Source: Trichoplax adhaerens | Lineage: Eukaryota; Animalia; Placozoa | Assembly (NCBI RefSeq): GCF_000150275.1 | Contig: NW_002060943.1 | Span: 798,246 to 862,245, forward strand | Direction of reading: 5' to 3' | DNA length: 64,000 nucleotides | Shown: piece after piece, positions 15,050 through 29,370 of the stretch | Layout: each line of letters opens with the position of its first letter | Numbering within the stretch: position 1 is the first letter of the stretch | Notes under the pieces: model-generated | What the model was told of the DNA's origin: nothing | Seen by the model: the letters and a program-made list of their open reading frames with translations, nothing else | Databases searched by the model: none | Translations under genes and position numbers: made by a program

Positions 15050-18000
15050 ATTTGCAGCTTGACTCTTTTATTTAAACTATCAGTCAAGATTTATCAATAC
15101 ATAAGATTTATTCTGAAAACGGACAAAGTTAAACTGAGTAAAATACACTGCATAGCGCTCAGGGTACATTAACTAAGTTAGCTATATATCTGTTTACTTT
15201 CCTGTTACAAATCTCCTTTGTAACAAGAAACCGGGGCTTAAACACTATCTTCATTAGTACTTGTGTTCCCAACTAACTTAGGGATCTATCGTAATAGTAC
15301 TAACTCTCAGCTACACAAAAAACTACTATTGAGTAATAGGTTGTGACGGAGTACAGACTCCGTCACAATTACCTATCGAGCGATGTACTGATATTGATTT
15401 ATATACAGTATAACGTTTTACATATTTTAATAAGTAAGTACATACTTTCATATTACTATCCAAGTACCGTACATAATAATCACTGACGTTTATGCACTTT
15501 GCTAATTTTTCACTGAAATATGAATTCAGTTTCGTTTAAAGAGAGACTAGTGGTGCTACTGATCGCTCTGATGATAGGAGATCGTCAGTATTTAGAGTCG
15601 TATTGTAGGTAGATGTCGGGAAGGACAAATCTGGCTCATACACGTAGCGTTAGTTTGTCTCACGTTACAAATTTCGATTTGTAAAACATATTTAAAATTT
15701 CCTTCTTACCAAATTACACACAGTACCTACAGATGATAAAATATAGGATCATTATTTATTATTGATGAAGGAATTTATTAACTTGTAATCCAATTTTATT
15801 CTACCACCGCACAATTATAAAATTTAATTAATAGAGTTTAATCAAATTTATCAATTAACGTTATAAAGTTGAACTCAATTCTGGCGGCGCTAGCAATCTA
15901 GATTAATCGATACTATTTCTATTGATATCATCACGACCAAGTTCGTCAGTGGCCAAGGCTTTTAATCTCTTCGGCTCAGTAATTGTATTATTAGTTCATT
16001 TACAAAATTATTACAATAAAATAGCTATTCCAACCCTAAATGTAGCACAAATACAATAGTGCTTGTCTACTTCAATCAAATTGATATTCTATTGCTTTCT
16101 CTGTTGGAAGACCATCGTCAGTTCCTAGTTCATGTCATTCTGTAAGAACAATATTCCAGCCCTGCAATTGCGTACAAATATTAACTAACGTATTCATATC
16201 CATTTGTTTTCTGTCTCTTATCAACAAATAATTTTAATTCACATTGTAATAAATTTATATGAACATAAATAAATATTTTGCGATTATTATGTTAATTAAA
16301 AATATTTCATCCAAAAGTAGAAGCGATATAAATTTTTCTCAATCATATTATTTGATATCTACTCATTTATATGATGCGGAAAAATTTTAGACAAAAATCC
16401 GAAATGAAAACTTTTTTTATTGGTTCAAAATGGAAATCGCTATTATTTCTACAAGTTCCTTTTTTGCTTCCATTGATGTTAACAGCTGAATTATTGCACA
16501 TCGACAGCTTCTTATTATAAACCAACCTAGATGGAATAGGATTGGACAATAAAATGATCCTAAAATATGACAGCTAAAAGTCAATTCAAAAACCAAATAA
16601 ACCATCACGGTAATGTCGAGTATGAAGTTAAGCAAGAAAGCAGGATAAGGCATCTTTCAGTATAAACTTATCCTACCAAATTAACATATAATTATTTCTG
16701 CACGCTATAATTCAACCTTAAGAAAATACTGATAAAAATTTAAACTTATCCTAGGATTCATGATCATTCCTATTTGTTTCTTGACATATTAGCAATTTTA
16801 CAAATAATATATCTTAAAATTTCCAGCTAGAATGAATGCAAAATGGTAATAAATCTGATCTAGAGAAAGCTGTATTTTAAATTATCATTCATTACTCTTG
16901 CTGTCTTATTGAATATATGTAATTATCTTAGGGTAATCTTATAACGAGCGATGTTTATTTATCTGAAAATTTAATTATTTTACAAACATTTGTCGTATGA
17001 TATTATTGTATTTCAACTTTATTGCCGCTATTACTCTAAACCTTATAACTCTATAGCTTATTTCATAAGTTCGTTCATCCGAAAATAAATTACGCAAGGA
17101 CTTCGTTCATTACTTTTAATAGTTTTGGTTTAAACAATTACCCTGCAGTCTTTATAAATTCTAAACAATAAAATTTTATCATTCACATGTATTATATGAT
17201 TATATTTTGTGGATCAATTCAACTGAATCCAATTCAATCCTTTCAGCTACATTGGACAGGAAAAAAGTCATAATTATATATCATCGTAGTCATCATACGA
17301 CATATACACGGTCTGAAAAGCAGAAAATATAAAATACGTAAGATTATTTTAGACCTTATTTTAACTACTTACTATTAATAGAAGACTAATCAAGATTAAT
17401 TGTAGATCAAGCAAACTACAAGCTTTAATAAGTTTATCGCAAGCAATTAGTATTGAACAGAATTCAAAGTCGAACATTAGACGAACATAAAAATGAGAGA
17501 ACTATCATACCCTATTCCCTCAAATAAATAGTTTACCCTATATAATAGCCAACTAAGTGTCAATTAGTCTGTGAAAATTAAGATATATAATTTTCAACTT
17601 CTTCAAATGAGAAAATAATGGAAAAGCATTAACATAGATATGTATTTTTTCCATTACTTGTAAAATATCATTTATTGTTTAACTATGTAATCTTTATGAG
17701 GTCAGATAGGCGTGTCTATCTTACTGTTGTACTGATTTTAAGCAAACGGCTATTGGGAATCATTCGAGCTAATGATTGAATCATTTTTTGATTATACGAT
17801 TATGATCGATCAATTAATTCGTTAATTCATTTAAATTTTTGACATATGTAAGAGAAAATTAATATTAAGATGAAAATCAATGTTGAAATTTTAATGGTAT
17901 ATTGACCTTTTACTGACTAAGCTTGATATTGAATGCCGTAACCTTAATCCGAAATGTTCATTCGTTCACCGGCACGAAAATAACGATAAATGAAACAAAG

Positions 18001-21000
18001 CTGAGATCTTGATATTCTTTTTCCTTTTTCCTAGTCTTTCCTTAAATCTTACAATAATAGATAAAACATCGATATTTTTACTGGAAATTTCTAAAATTGT
18101 CTAAAACTTCGCTCGAACCGAAAAAGAAAGTGATAGCGTAAGAAATAAAGTCTTTATTAAATTTCTTTTAATTTTGGCCAAACTTTACAAAGATACTCTC
18201 AAATTCGAGCTACAATCGTGAACAATAACAAATGCAAAATCTTATCCACTTGTATATTATTCCTATTAAATATGATAGCAGACAATCGTCATCTTCCTTC
18301 GAATTTTTTCAAGTTCTTAATTGTCTGATCCATAAACACCGGATGATCAATTGTTGTCTATATATTAGCAGTCTGAAATACCTTGTGGCCAATGAAAGAA
18401 AATGTAAGACTAATTTTCAGTTACGAATCAGACAGTCATTAGCTTATTTAGTCTACGTAAATAACAAATAATTCATCATAGGCATAAAGGACATAGAATA
18501 ACGTGGATAGAGGGGTAACTCAAGCATTGTTTCATAATACTGCTCGGAGAGTAAGGCCTTGGACCATTACCAACTGATCCATAAATATTCAAATCATTTT
18601 CAAAGGTTAACAGGAACTTAGGTGTCGACTATAGGTATGATGGAAATTAAATTCTGATGAGTTATTTCGGATTTTTCATATCAGTACTTTGCCTTTTTAA
18701 TATGCTATTTTTAGTGTAGGTATAAGAATAAATTGACGATCAAAGCCTGAAAACCCTTCATCTTTTCCAGTAATAGTATTAATAAAATCTCTGATACTGA
18801 AACGTTTAAATTCTGATTTAATGATATTTCAAGGCCTGATAATTACTTTATGAAATTACTTGCCCTTAACATATACCTTGTACTATAGTTAAAAAATAGA
18901 TTATGCAATGTATTTAAAATTAAATTTTAATTTTGTATTTGGTAATTAAATAATTACTAGCTATCATTCAGCCAATATGACAGACTATACCGATTCAGTA
19001 GCTTAATAAATTGTTGTACAGGAGCGCTTACCGAAAAATTAATCCATACAAATACCAGATCTTTCTATAATTTTGACAGAGATTTGGAATTGCATGAAGG
19101 TAGGACTGCTTTTGAAGCAAAGTTAATTCTCATAAAATACCATGTTGTCCCTTTATTTGTTTGTTTGTCTATCTAGCCTAGGTAATTAAGAGAAGTAATG
19201 ACTAAAGCCTTAACGTTTTACTTAATTACTAAATTTAAGATATCTTTTATGATATGTAAACAAGATCTGAATCCTAGAATAGGCTCTAATAAAACTGCGA
19301 TAGCCAAGAATCGACGTAATACATCATTCACTGTAGTTTGCACAGTAACACACGTAAATATTGCATATAAATGGTATTTATAGGTATCTAGAATGAGTAG
19401 ATACTATTTCAATTTAAAATTAATACAGTATACTATTGAACGCAATATAGCCACATTACTTTAATGAATACAAGCTCACCTTTCATTTTAAATTGAGTGA
19501 AGTAATATTGCTATCATTATCATTATTACTACTGGTAAATGCTAAATTTTCGTGCCTGAAATTAGAGAGAAAAATTATTTTACATAATGTAAAATAAGAC
19601 TCTATCCGTATAAGCCGAAATTTTGTGACATTGTTTAGGGAAATCTTTAATTAGAATTATTCAAATTCGATACTATAATAGAAACATTAAATTTTTTTAT
19701 ATTTTTAGCGTATATGCTAAATATCTGACATTGAATACTATTAAAATACACGTATCACAATACTACATTTAAGGCCATTAGATTAACTTTAGACATTTGG
19801 TAAAGTGCCTACCCTTATTACTACTATATTTTCATACTTAAAGTTTCAGCAAATGTGAGGAAGATAGTATTACTTTACTTTCCCTTATCTGACTCTTTAA
19901 CAATTCGCACCTAAGGTCTCAACATAAATTGCAAAACTTCATGTCGTATCGTATCCTATCTTAATGTGAAATGTCTCTTAAAGTACATCGTTGCTAAAAT
20001 TAAATAATTCGGTCTCTTATTTGATAGATACAAAGGGGATCTGAATAAATCTAATTCTATTAAAATTTCGCTAGTAAAGAGTATTATCGGTTATTTTTAA
20101 GAACTCTACTATGAACTACATTTATTTCCATCCTAAACAGCCACTCGTGATAGAGATCGAATGCAATCTTTTGACAACCATACAATCAAGTAGGATTATT
20201 CATTTTAATTTTAATAGCTGAATGAGTATAGTATATTGTTTGATATTTATGGCTTTGAATTCCGCTAGGTAAGTTGATTGATTGAATTTAATCAGTGAGG
20301 AAATGAAGAATATTTTCTCTATAATAATGTTCGCAAGTTACGCTTAATTGATACAGTGTATTCAATTTTCGTTCTGGTATGTTTTTATGGTAGCTATAAA
20401 GAACTAAAGGTATGCAAATAATAATATTAGGTCTACTTGATAGCTACAATTTATCATAAGCCAGACAAATACCTAAATATGTTACCGACCTTAATTTGTG
20501 GAATCTAGTAGCATACGTTGAGATGGTAATTTTGACGCTTTTATTGTCACTAACAATTAATTGAGGTTAGTATTTACTATAATGCCACTGGGCCATTTAC
20601 TATATTAAATACAGAATAAATATGGGAAATATCCTCGATTATCGCTATTTCTTATTTAACATATTTAGTATAAGATATTAATCTACGTCTTTATTCGGGA
20701 ATCTACCGCTGAATCTAAGAACTACTATCTGTCGGAATAATATTGATCCAATTTAGGTTACAGATTTATAACGAAAATATTGATATGACCGATCTAGGTC
20801 CTACTGCATGTATTTACATTATATTTAGCAATAGAAGTCTGAGAAGCTGGATAACAGTCTCCATACCCTTAATATAGTCTAAATGTAAATATTCACACAT
20901 AAAAACTACTCACGGTAATTAAGTACCGTGACAACCTATATATATGATGAAAACAACAGTTATGTTCTCTACTACAACTTATTCAAAGTAAATCTATAAT

Positions 21001-21121
21001 ACATAAGCTTAATCTAACTTCTATCCCTCCGACGGTAATACCGCAGTGGTCATAAAAGAATTTGATCATTAATCATTTTTCAAACAGAAAACGGAAAAAT
21101 CGCTATATCTGTTGGGAAAAA

Positions 21122-24100
21122 ATGGCAAACAGGCTAATCATTATGACAGCTATCGCTTTCATTTTATCCTTAAAAGCTAGAAGAAATCTCGTTGTAGCCT
21201 GCCAGAGTATGCCAATGCAAAATCGACATCCGATCACTATCTTGGGAGGCTTTAGTTTAAGTGGTGGCTGGATTGGTGGTGGCTCTGTTGGTGCTGCCAT
21301 ACTAGGACTACAGCATATCAACCAAAATTCATCTTTACTACCCAAATACTACTTAAATATGACATGGAGCGACACCAAGGTAATTCTTACAAACTCTACA
21401 TCTATCAATTCTTATTGTAATGCTACAAATGAGATTAAGACAGCTGTCCCGATCTTTTTTATTGCCATTTCTACATATCTGATTAGCTTAGTACATTTAA
21501 TTTTACATAGCATTAATTATTTTACCAAGTATACCAATAATTTGCATGTCTCGGTGTATAGGCTAATCTTGAATATCCTCTGTAGTCTAAGATCTGAATT
21601 ATTGGTCAAACTGCAAAGTATAGGAGCATAATTTAAGAAAATACGTTTGACCTACTAGGTCATTTGCAATATTTTCTCATCGATTTTAACTATACATAGC
21701 GAAATGATTACATATTTAGTGTCAAGCAGGATCCGGTGTGGAAGCTCTATTTAATCAGTTAAGTATAGAACCGGTTAAAATGTTAGTTTTAGCTGCAAGC
21801 TGTTCAGTCTCCACCATACCTCAAACGCAATTCTCTCAGCATTTCAAAATTCTACAGGTATCCTTCAATTTTTTGATAGCCTACTTAGGGCTGGATATTT
21901 TCATGACATCAATACTTTTATAATATTTCGACATTCAAGCTGATTAAAAAATTTTATATGAGCTGTAGATGATATGATAATAGTGCGATACTGAGTTTTA
22001 TATTGATCTTAATAATTTAGTTATCTTATGCCGCTGCATCGCCATTATTGAATAATCGCAAGAAGTATCCAAATTTTTTCCGAACTTACCCATCGGATAC
22101 CAACCTCAACCCTACTCGAATTCAGTTGTGTAAAAGATTTAAATGGAAAAATATTGCAATCATATATGAGAATGATGATACGAGGGTTTTCTACGAGGTT
22201 ACTACTTAATCTATTTCATTAGATTGAGCCTTTCAGACCAATCTTGTATTAAATCGAATGATTATTTTTATGATGTTTTCAGGCTTTGAAGCCATTATTA
22301 ACTTTAGCCAAAGAAAATAACATAACTATCACTGCACTACAAAGTTTTATACCTGGAAGTGATCCATTAGATGCTCTAATGAATATAAAAGTTGGTTCAT
22401 TTTACATTATTAATTCTAATATACTATTAAACCATTGAAGAAATGAGGATAAAACTTACAATTTTACCTAATAATTTACTGTATTATATATCTATAGGAA
22501 GTGAAAACAAAGATTATTGTAGGAGGATTCTACGCAAAAGCGAGTCGTGCTGTTTTTTGTCGGGTAATAAATACCATTATAATTCTCTTTGATTAGAGCT
22601 ACCTCTTGCATAAAAATTGATTTATCCAATATAAGAATAACCAAATATTGATTAATCTTGGTAATTTAACTATGGTTTAAACTCACTACCTAGGCCTATC
22701 ATTTAAATTTAACTGGCCCAAGTTATGTATGGATGATCTATGGCTGGTATGGAGAGCAGTGGTGGAAAACTCCAAATGGAGTACATATTGGAGATGTTTA
22801 CTGCAATAATTCACAAATGGAACAAGCTGTCGAAGGCTATTTCTCTACAGAAGCCGTTCCTATCTCAGTTCTACATAAAAAAACAATTTCTGGACTGGTA
22901 AAATGTTGCTTTAATTCCGTAAAAGCTGTGTGTTATTGTTTGGTATCATTAAGAACTTTACTGAAGTTTAAAACTTTATTTAGCCGCCAATTCATTAAGC
23001 ATATCTCTTGAGATTGATAGTTCGTATTATTACTTAGCCTACTTTAGTTATCAATACTAAATCTCACGGATAAGCATGAACTGTAAAATTTATTATTTCG
23101 ACTATCTGAAAAGATCTTAATGGTACCCTTTCTTTAACTTTTAAAACTGTTTCGAAAGAGCGACAGCATTTTTATTTATGAATGACAAAACTGATCGCAA
23201 TCGAACATTAACAGCATCATTATATTAATTTTTCTGTTATATCATAGGAGTGTACAAACTCCATGTCTTTCTTTCAAAGCAAATCTGTTGTGTGCCCTTT
23301 TTTAATTTCGATATTACATTTTCGTCGTTAGACCCCATCAGAATGGGTTAACATTTACAGCAAGTATCAGGAACACCCAAAATTGCCAAAAGGATCTGAA
23401 GAATTAGCAGCATTTGCCTACGATGCAGTTTGGGCAATAGCTTTAATGCTAAATCAATCCATACCGAAATTGGAAGCTATCAATAAATCCTTACACAATT
23501 TCAAGTATTACGATCAAGATTTTTATCGCATTCTGAAAGAAGAAATGTCCAAAGTCTCCTTTCTTGGCATTACGGTATGTATAAAAAATTTATCGCATTT
23601 AGTTATGTGATATATACCAATCATGAGATTCCAAATTTTAGAAAAATAAGGGCTTTATTGAATCTTATACAAAGATTAACTACACACAGCTCTACTCTAG
23701 CCGAATACTACTTCTAAAGACTTCTACAACGAACTAATAGAATAATCTAAAGTTGCATGCTTTTATAATTTCCGTAGCATTCGCAGCTACAATCCGCATG
23801 GCAACCTTTTACCTTATTTTATACATAGTTAAATTATTCTTAGTAAGACTATTCTACTGCGGACCATCATTAATCCAATATGGATACGACTACAGTACTT
23901 ACGTAGACATTATTCACACCAGCCAAAGTACAATGAATTAACCATATCATAATATATGATTTACAGTTCTATTTTTACCTATATATAGCCTTATTAGTAA
24001 CTCAACACCTTACTGTATATAGTCATCTGTATTCTAGCATAGAGTCTCTACCACTACAGTCTATAGCTATAGCTACCAAATATTTCTTAGGATAAATATC

Positions 24101-27100
24101 TACCGTATATTATACTAAACATGGCTAACAGTCTACAATCACAATACTAGTTCCATTACAAGTTATTTAATAAATATTAAAACAGGTTAAATATATAGTA
24201 TTTACAAATTTCAATTCCAGTCGATATTACATTCAATTATATGAAGATTTTGTCGAATAAAAGTATCAATATCTCTTAATTAAGGGCCCAGTAACGTTTT
24301 CATCTACCGGTGATCGATTAGGCCCAATGCTAATCGAAAGACAAGTCAGTAAGTAGACTATAATAACATTTAACATTAACAAATTAAGAAAGATACCTGG
24401 ACCATCTGTAATTGCTCATATTTTTATGTTCAAAATATTTAAAATATCATAATTCCCTATGAGGAAATAAGAAGGCAGTTCGATAGACAGAAATTTAAAC
24501 AGAATAGTTTTAATTCAAGGATGTAGCTTTTAGAAGTTACTTCAAAGCTGTAAAATTAATATACTACTACATTTTAAAGTCTTTTAGCTGTATAGTTAAC
24601 TACTGAAACTGTAAGGCACAGTTTAATAGTCACAAATTTCATGCTTATTTACTGAATTGAATAATCCCTTTTCTTATTTGCATTAAAAATTAAAGATGGA
24701 AAAGAGATTGCGATCGGAAGATATTATACGAATCTAAAAAAGACTGTCTGGAATTATTCGGTTGAAATGGAATGGAAATTACCGGGTATAATTATTCATT
24801 AGTCATCACATTATACAGCAGCAAAAATTAAGATTATAACCCAGATTAAAATACTTGTAACGATATAGAACTAATTCACTTATAAATAGCAATATCCTGA
24901 ATCAAAAATATTTAAGTTTTCAACATTTGAAACTGCATTTTAGGCAACAGGACGCCGACAGATCAAGTCAAAATAATTACTGTCGATATAACTGTGCCGC
25001 TATCAATTTATATTTCTATGAGTGCACTAGCATGCTGCGGAATCATAATGTGTATCGGCTTTATAATTATAAATATAAGCTACAAAAGATATAAGTAAGT
25101 CTTTTGACGCTCTGATGTCAAATTTACGGTCTAATTTTGTTGCAATAAAATTCTAATCATCGCTACTTAATTATCACTCTACTCTTGTTTACTATCCCAG
25201 TACATAGTGATGATAAAAGACTAATGAGTATATAATCTACCCTGATTCTAACTTTTGAATGTGTTACTATTGCTATAGGATTATTAAGTTATCAAGCCCA
25301 AATTTAAGCAACTTCATTGCCGTTGGCGCAATTTTATGCTATATATCCGTTATTTTATTAGATCGATACACTGAATTAGCCCCTATCCATGGTCTCGTTG
25401 CTATTTTGGCTTGCCTGGTAAGAGCTGTAAGATTAACAATATCTGATATAATCATGGAAATTTTCGATTAAAAATATGATTGAAAAGTATGATTACTACA
25501 TAAAACTTAATCTAATTTGTGAAAAGTAAAGTAAAATATAATTTCGAATCAGGGAGAAGTATGGTTTCGAGCTATAGGGTTTACTATGGCATTTGCAGCT
25601 TTATTCGCTAAGACTTGGAGAATAAAAACTATCTTTAATTCTACTATAATAGTCAAAAGAAAGGTAATCTAGAGCTATCCATATAGCAAAAAAATCTATT
25701 TTTAGCTCTAGCAAGATTTTTCTAAAATTTGGGCTACGTTATCTTCCATTTATTATTGATGTGCTAGGTCATGCGAGATCGAAGCCTATATGGTATTGTT
25801 TTTGCAGCTGTTCTTGTGGATATCATATTACTATCCCTACAACTGGCAATTGATACAACCACAATTGAAATTAAAAATCAATATGTAAGGCTGCTGTAGT
25901 AATAACTTGTAGTATCGCCAACCATATTAATTTTGTAATTCAATTTACTTTATCATTTTCATTAGTATTAATACAGAAAGTAGAGTTGAATGGCTAAAAA
26001 TGTCAATGTAATAGAAAGAACAAGTTTTAAAGCCATTAGCAGCTATTAATAGATAAATTTATACTATGAAATATATCACGTATCCAACCCTTGATTATTT
26101 TCATTCAGGTTTCATCTGAATTGAACGGCTACGAAGACACTATTTATAATTACATTCGACATGAATGCACATCCCAATATGCTATTGCTTGGAGCATTCT
26201 TCTGTGGGGAACGAATGGTGTTTTGCTATTTTATGGGGCCTTTCTGGCATGGAAAACAAGAAAAATTCAGCTATCTGTTGCTAATGACTCTAAATTCATT
26301 GGCTTGGCTATTTACAACGTTACAATTTTTGTCAGTTTAGGCATATTTGTTAGTATTACGCTACGTGATAAAGTAGACATACATTATGCTACTATGGCAT
26401 TACTGATACTCATCGCAACGACATGTACTACCTGCTTGGTCTTTGTTCCTAAGGCATGTTATGAACATTTTCAAACACAAATATTGTATTTATAATAAGA
26501 TTTTATTTAAAGATGTAATATAAATGGTAAAATGGAGACCATAAATATGGAAACTTGGACGGATTCTAGTACCTCAAATACGTTTGTCAAACTTAACATG
26601 CTACTAATAAGTGATATCAATATGGAAGTACTGTATCGTTGTCGCTAACGAAAATATACTGTATTACAAACCAAATCATGCAGAAGCTCTATAATATAAG
26701 ACATTTCCAGGAAAATATTAATCATTGCATCGTTTTATCTTTTCAGATTTTAGCCTTAAAGCATGAATTGAATCACAAAAAAGACGTTCGATTATCAATT
26801 CATAATTTAAGTGTGAATCTTAGAACTATTACTCGGCTCCATCTAAATGATTTTGAACCTAGAAATAACTTAGAAAGAGACTGTTCAGATTCATCACTAG
26901 ATACCAAAATCCATAAGGTTAGTTTCTACGAACTGATCTAGAACTATTAGCAGTTAGCTTAAAACTTGGCTATCAATTATAATAAATGGCAAGACAGTAA
27001 TTTGCTACAAAGTAGCTTTTATACAGCAGCTGCAATAAAACGCAGATATCAAAAAACGCACATAAGAATATACATATGACCATTTTATAAATTTTTTTAG

Positions 27101-29370
27101 ATGCAGTAAATATTTTTATAAAGGTATTTATAATTCTTCTATTATTGTCTAAGTACTGATAATTTATATCTATATAGAAAGAAATATCTTAAATTAGTTG
27201 ATTTTTCGATAAGATTCGAGTCTATAGTTTGTCTAACAAGACATGCGGTTGCAGACGATAGTAGATCCTTAGTATTTTAAGTTTTACATACTGTAGACAA
27301 ATGTTACAGAGGACAATACTAATTGCAGACATGGAGTAGTTAAATTCCTCGTTATAAATTGGTTATAGCGCAACAGTATAATATCTTATTGATATAATCT
27401 CTTGAGCAAAAATAAAATTTAAGTCTACTTTTAACGTACAGTAGTCCAATATATCTTGTCAGTCGAGGCGATATTTAAGGCTCAATATATCAATAATATG
27501 ACAAAATACTTTGCCTATTGGCAAAACTGATTCTTTTGGCTGATAAATAGTCAAAGAGGAAGCAGCAACATGTAAACTGCATACTCGTTATTACATACTC
27601 ATTATTAGCACTAAATTTGTAAATGTCACCAAACTTGTTCATAATTGTTTGCATTTAAATTACAATATGTACAACAAGGATTATCCTTGTGAATTTTAAG
27701 GAGTCATAGTCATAATACTAATTAACGGCTACCTACCGATGATCTTAAAATAAGAGTCAGCTTAGCTTTCTAAATGCTAAATCTCATTATATATTCAATT
27801 CACTTGACAATACGAGTACAGATGGACATACATAACTATACTGTTATATATTGTGACATCGTGTGACGTCACTGCCGTATACTTTAGCTCTATAGTAAAA
27901 ACAGGAAGAAAAAACAATAGAAATAAAAACAGAGTTATTGTCTAGTTATATTGAAAATTTACTTAGTAGATCACTAATTTCCAAGAATATTACTAATCAT
28001 CACTTAATACTCTTATAATACGATGATCGGGTAAATCAAGTTACAGATAAGACTCAAATCTAGCTTCAACATGTTAACACCTTCCGTATAAGTATTAAAT
28101 AAAGTAATTCGGACCATTAATAATGCTATCACCATAGCCATAATATAAATCGCGTATACTTGTACTTCCTTGTTTACTTTATCAATTTTATGACATGACT
28201 GCCTGGTAGTTCATTTTATATCAATGCAGTTCATTTACATTTATTAAGGCAATTCAATCTATCGAAAATATTCGAGACACAGATTTTACTTTCGAGTTTT
28301 TTATCATTAAATTATGTATCGATATGCGTAGGTTGAGGTCATCGTAAAGGAAAATTGATAAATCGCAGCGAATTTTATAGTCAGTGGCATCTTTATTTAA
28401 TATAAAATGTGATAGCATGAGTGTTTGAATGCTATTTCGCTCAAATAGACTAGTTTTATAGCCGGCTTACTTTAAATATTCTTTAGAGCTTAACATATAA
28501 CGAAATGATTAAACATGTATTAGAGACGAATGCAAAGAATGTTAATTAGATTGAGACAATTTAGCGGTCTACTATGTATTATGGTACTGTTTATCTACGG
28601 TAGAAGCATAAGTTCTGAAAATTGAAATATATATATATAGCATTACGCATTATTATCAACCTACCCCATCAATTTCTATATTTACTAACTAACGTTAAGC
28701 TATTTCACTGTATAAATGATGATTTAAAGATGATATAGCAAGTGTACAAGGCTTCGCATTCTTGACAATAAGATCAAAACCTTTAGATCACCTGAACATA
28801 AACAAATTAAAGTAGATAAAATTCGATCTACAACGCAACTTTACCAAGCCTCATACTATCGTTAATTAAGTTAATTAAGTGAAGCTCTATTTGTACTCAT
28901 TAATGATATAATTTATCCTTTTTTCACTTAATGACTTTATCAGCAAAAATTGAAGATACTAGAATTGAAAAATCAACTTAATGAAAGGGATTCAATTATG
29001 CAAAGAATAACATCAGGCCCAAAACTAACAGGTAATTCTTTATCCATCACTCATACAGTAAAGCTAAAGATTATCTTAACAGTGCACTATTAATTCGATT
29101 CAAAATTTTTTCTCAAATCAACACTATGAATGACATTGAAAATATTATATTTCGATTTATTCACCACCTGGAATTGGATTCATTAGCATCAAGAAAGCGC
29201 ATAGCTAACAAAGGAAGCAGTATATAAATTTCATTATCGAAGTAATAACGAACAATTTACAAGTTAAAGTTTATTATTCTATATGAATTTTTTTAGAAGA
29301 ATCGAAAGCTATTTCTACTTCCGATTACCTTGACATTATTTGCGATGGAATTATAATGAGCACTACTTAG
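21122..29370 (+). CDS. GABA-B receptor-like class C GPCR (gene B), ~850 aa, 16-17 coding exons
   Basis: Exons 21122-21379, 21720-21857, 22021-22197, 22283-22390, 22498-22563, 22694-22897, 23332-23574, 24285-24348, 24696-24785, 24944-25094, 25279-25417, 25553-25663, 25768-25884, 26109-26453 (GC donor), 26747-26917, 28944-29031, 29297-29370. The last exon is uncertain, because read-through of 28944- stops at 29093. Motifs GGWIGG, SCSVST, YPNFFRTYPSD, AYDAVWAIALML, IKLSSPNL, GFTMAFAALFAKTWRI, FLAWKTR, NDSKFIGLAIYNV, LVFVPK. The 7TM resembles GABA-B2. Confidence 0.93.
23606..24160 (-). mobile_element. Solo LTR, family A, copy 1 (intron 7 of gene B)
   Basis: TGTGAT...ATTACA termini. Perfect 5-bp TSD AGTTA (23601-23605 and 24161-24165). 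Near-identical to 41578-42128 and 57213-57762. TATA and AATAAA lie on the minus strand. Confidence 0.9.

Noticed and set aside
21103-21345. Minus-strand ORFs overlapping exons (also 36647, 45192, 58337, 58395)
   Set aside because: Antisense shadows of real + strand exons.
23753-23941. 62-aa ORF MHAFI... repeated at 41793 and 57358, which looks like a small gene family
   Set aside because: It has a TTG start and lies antisense inside the solo LTR. Its conservation only reflects repeat identity.
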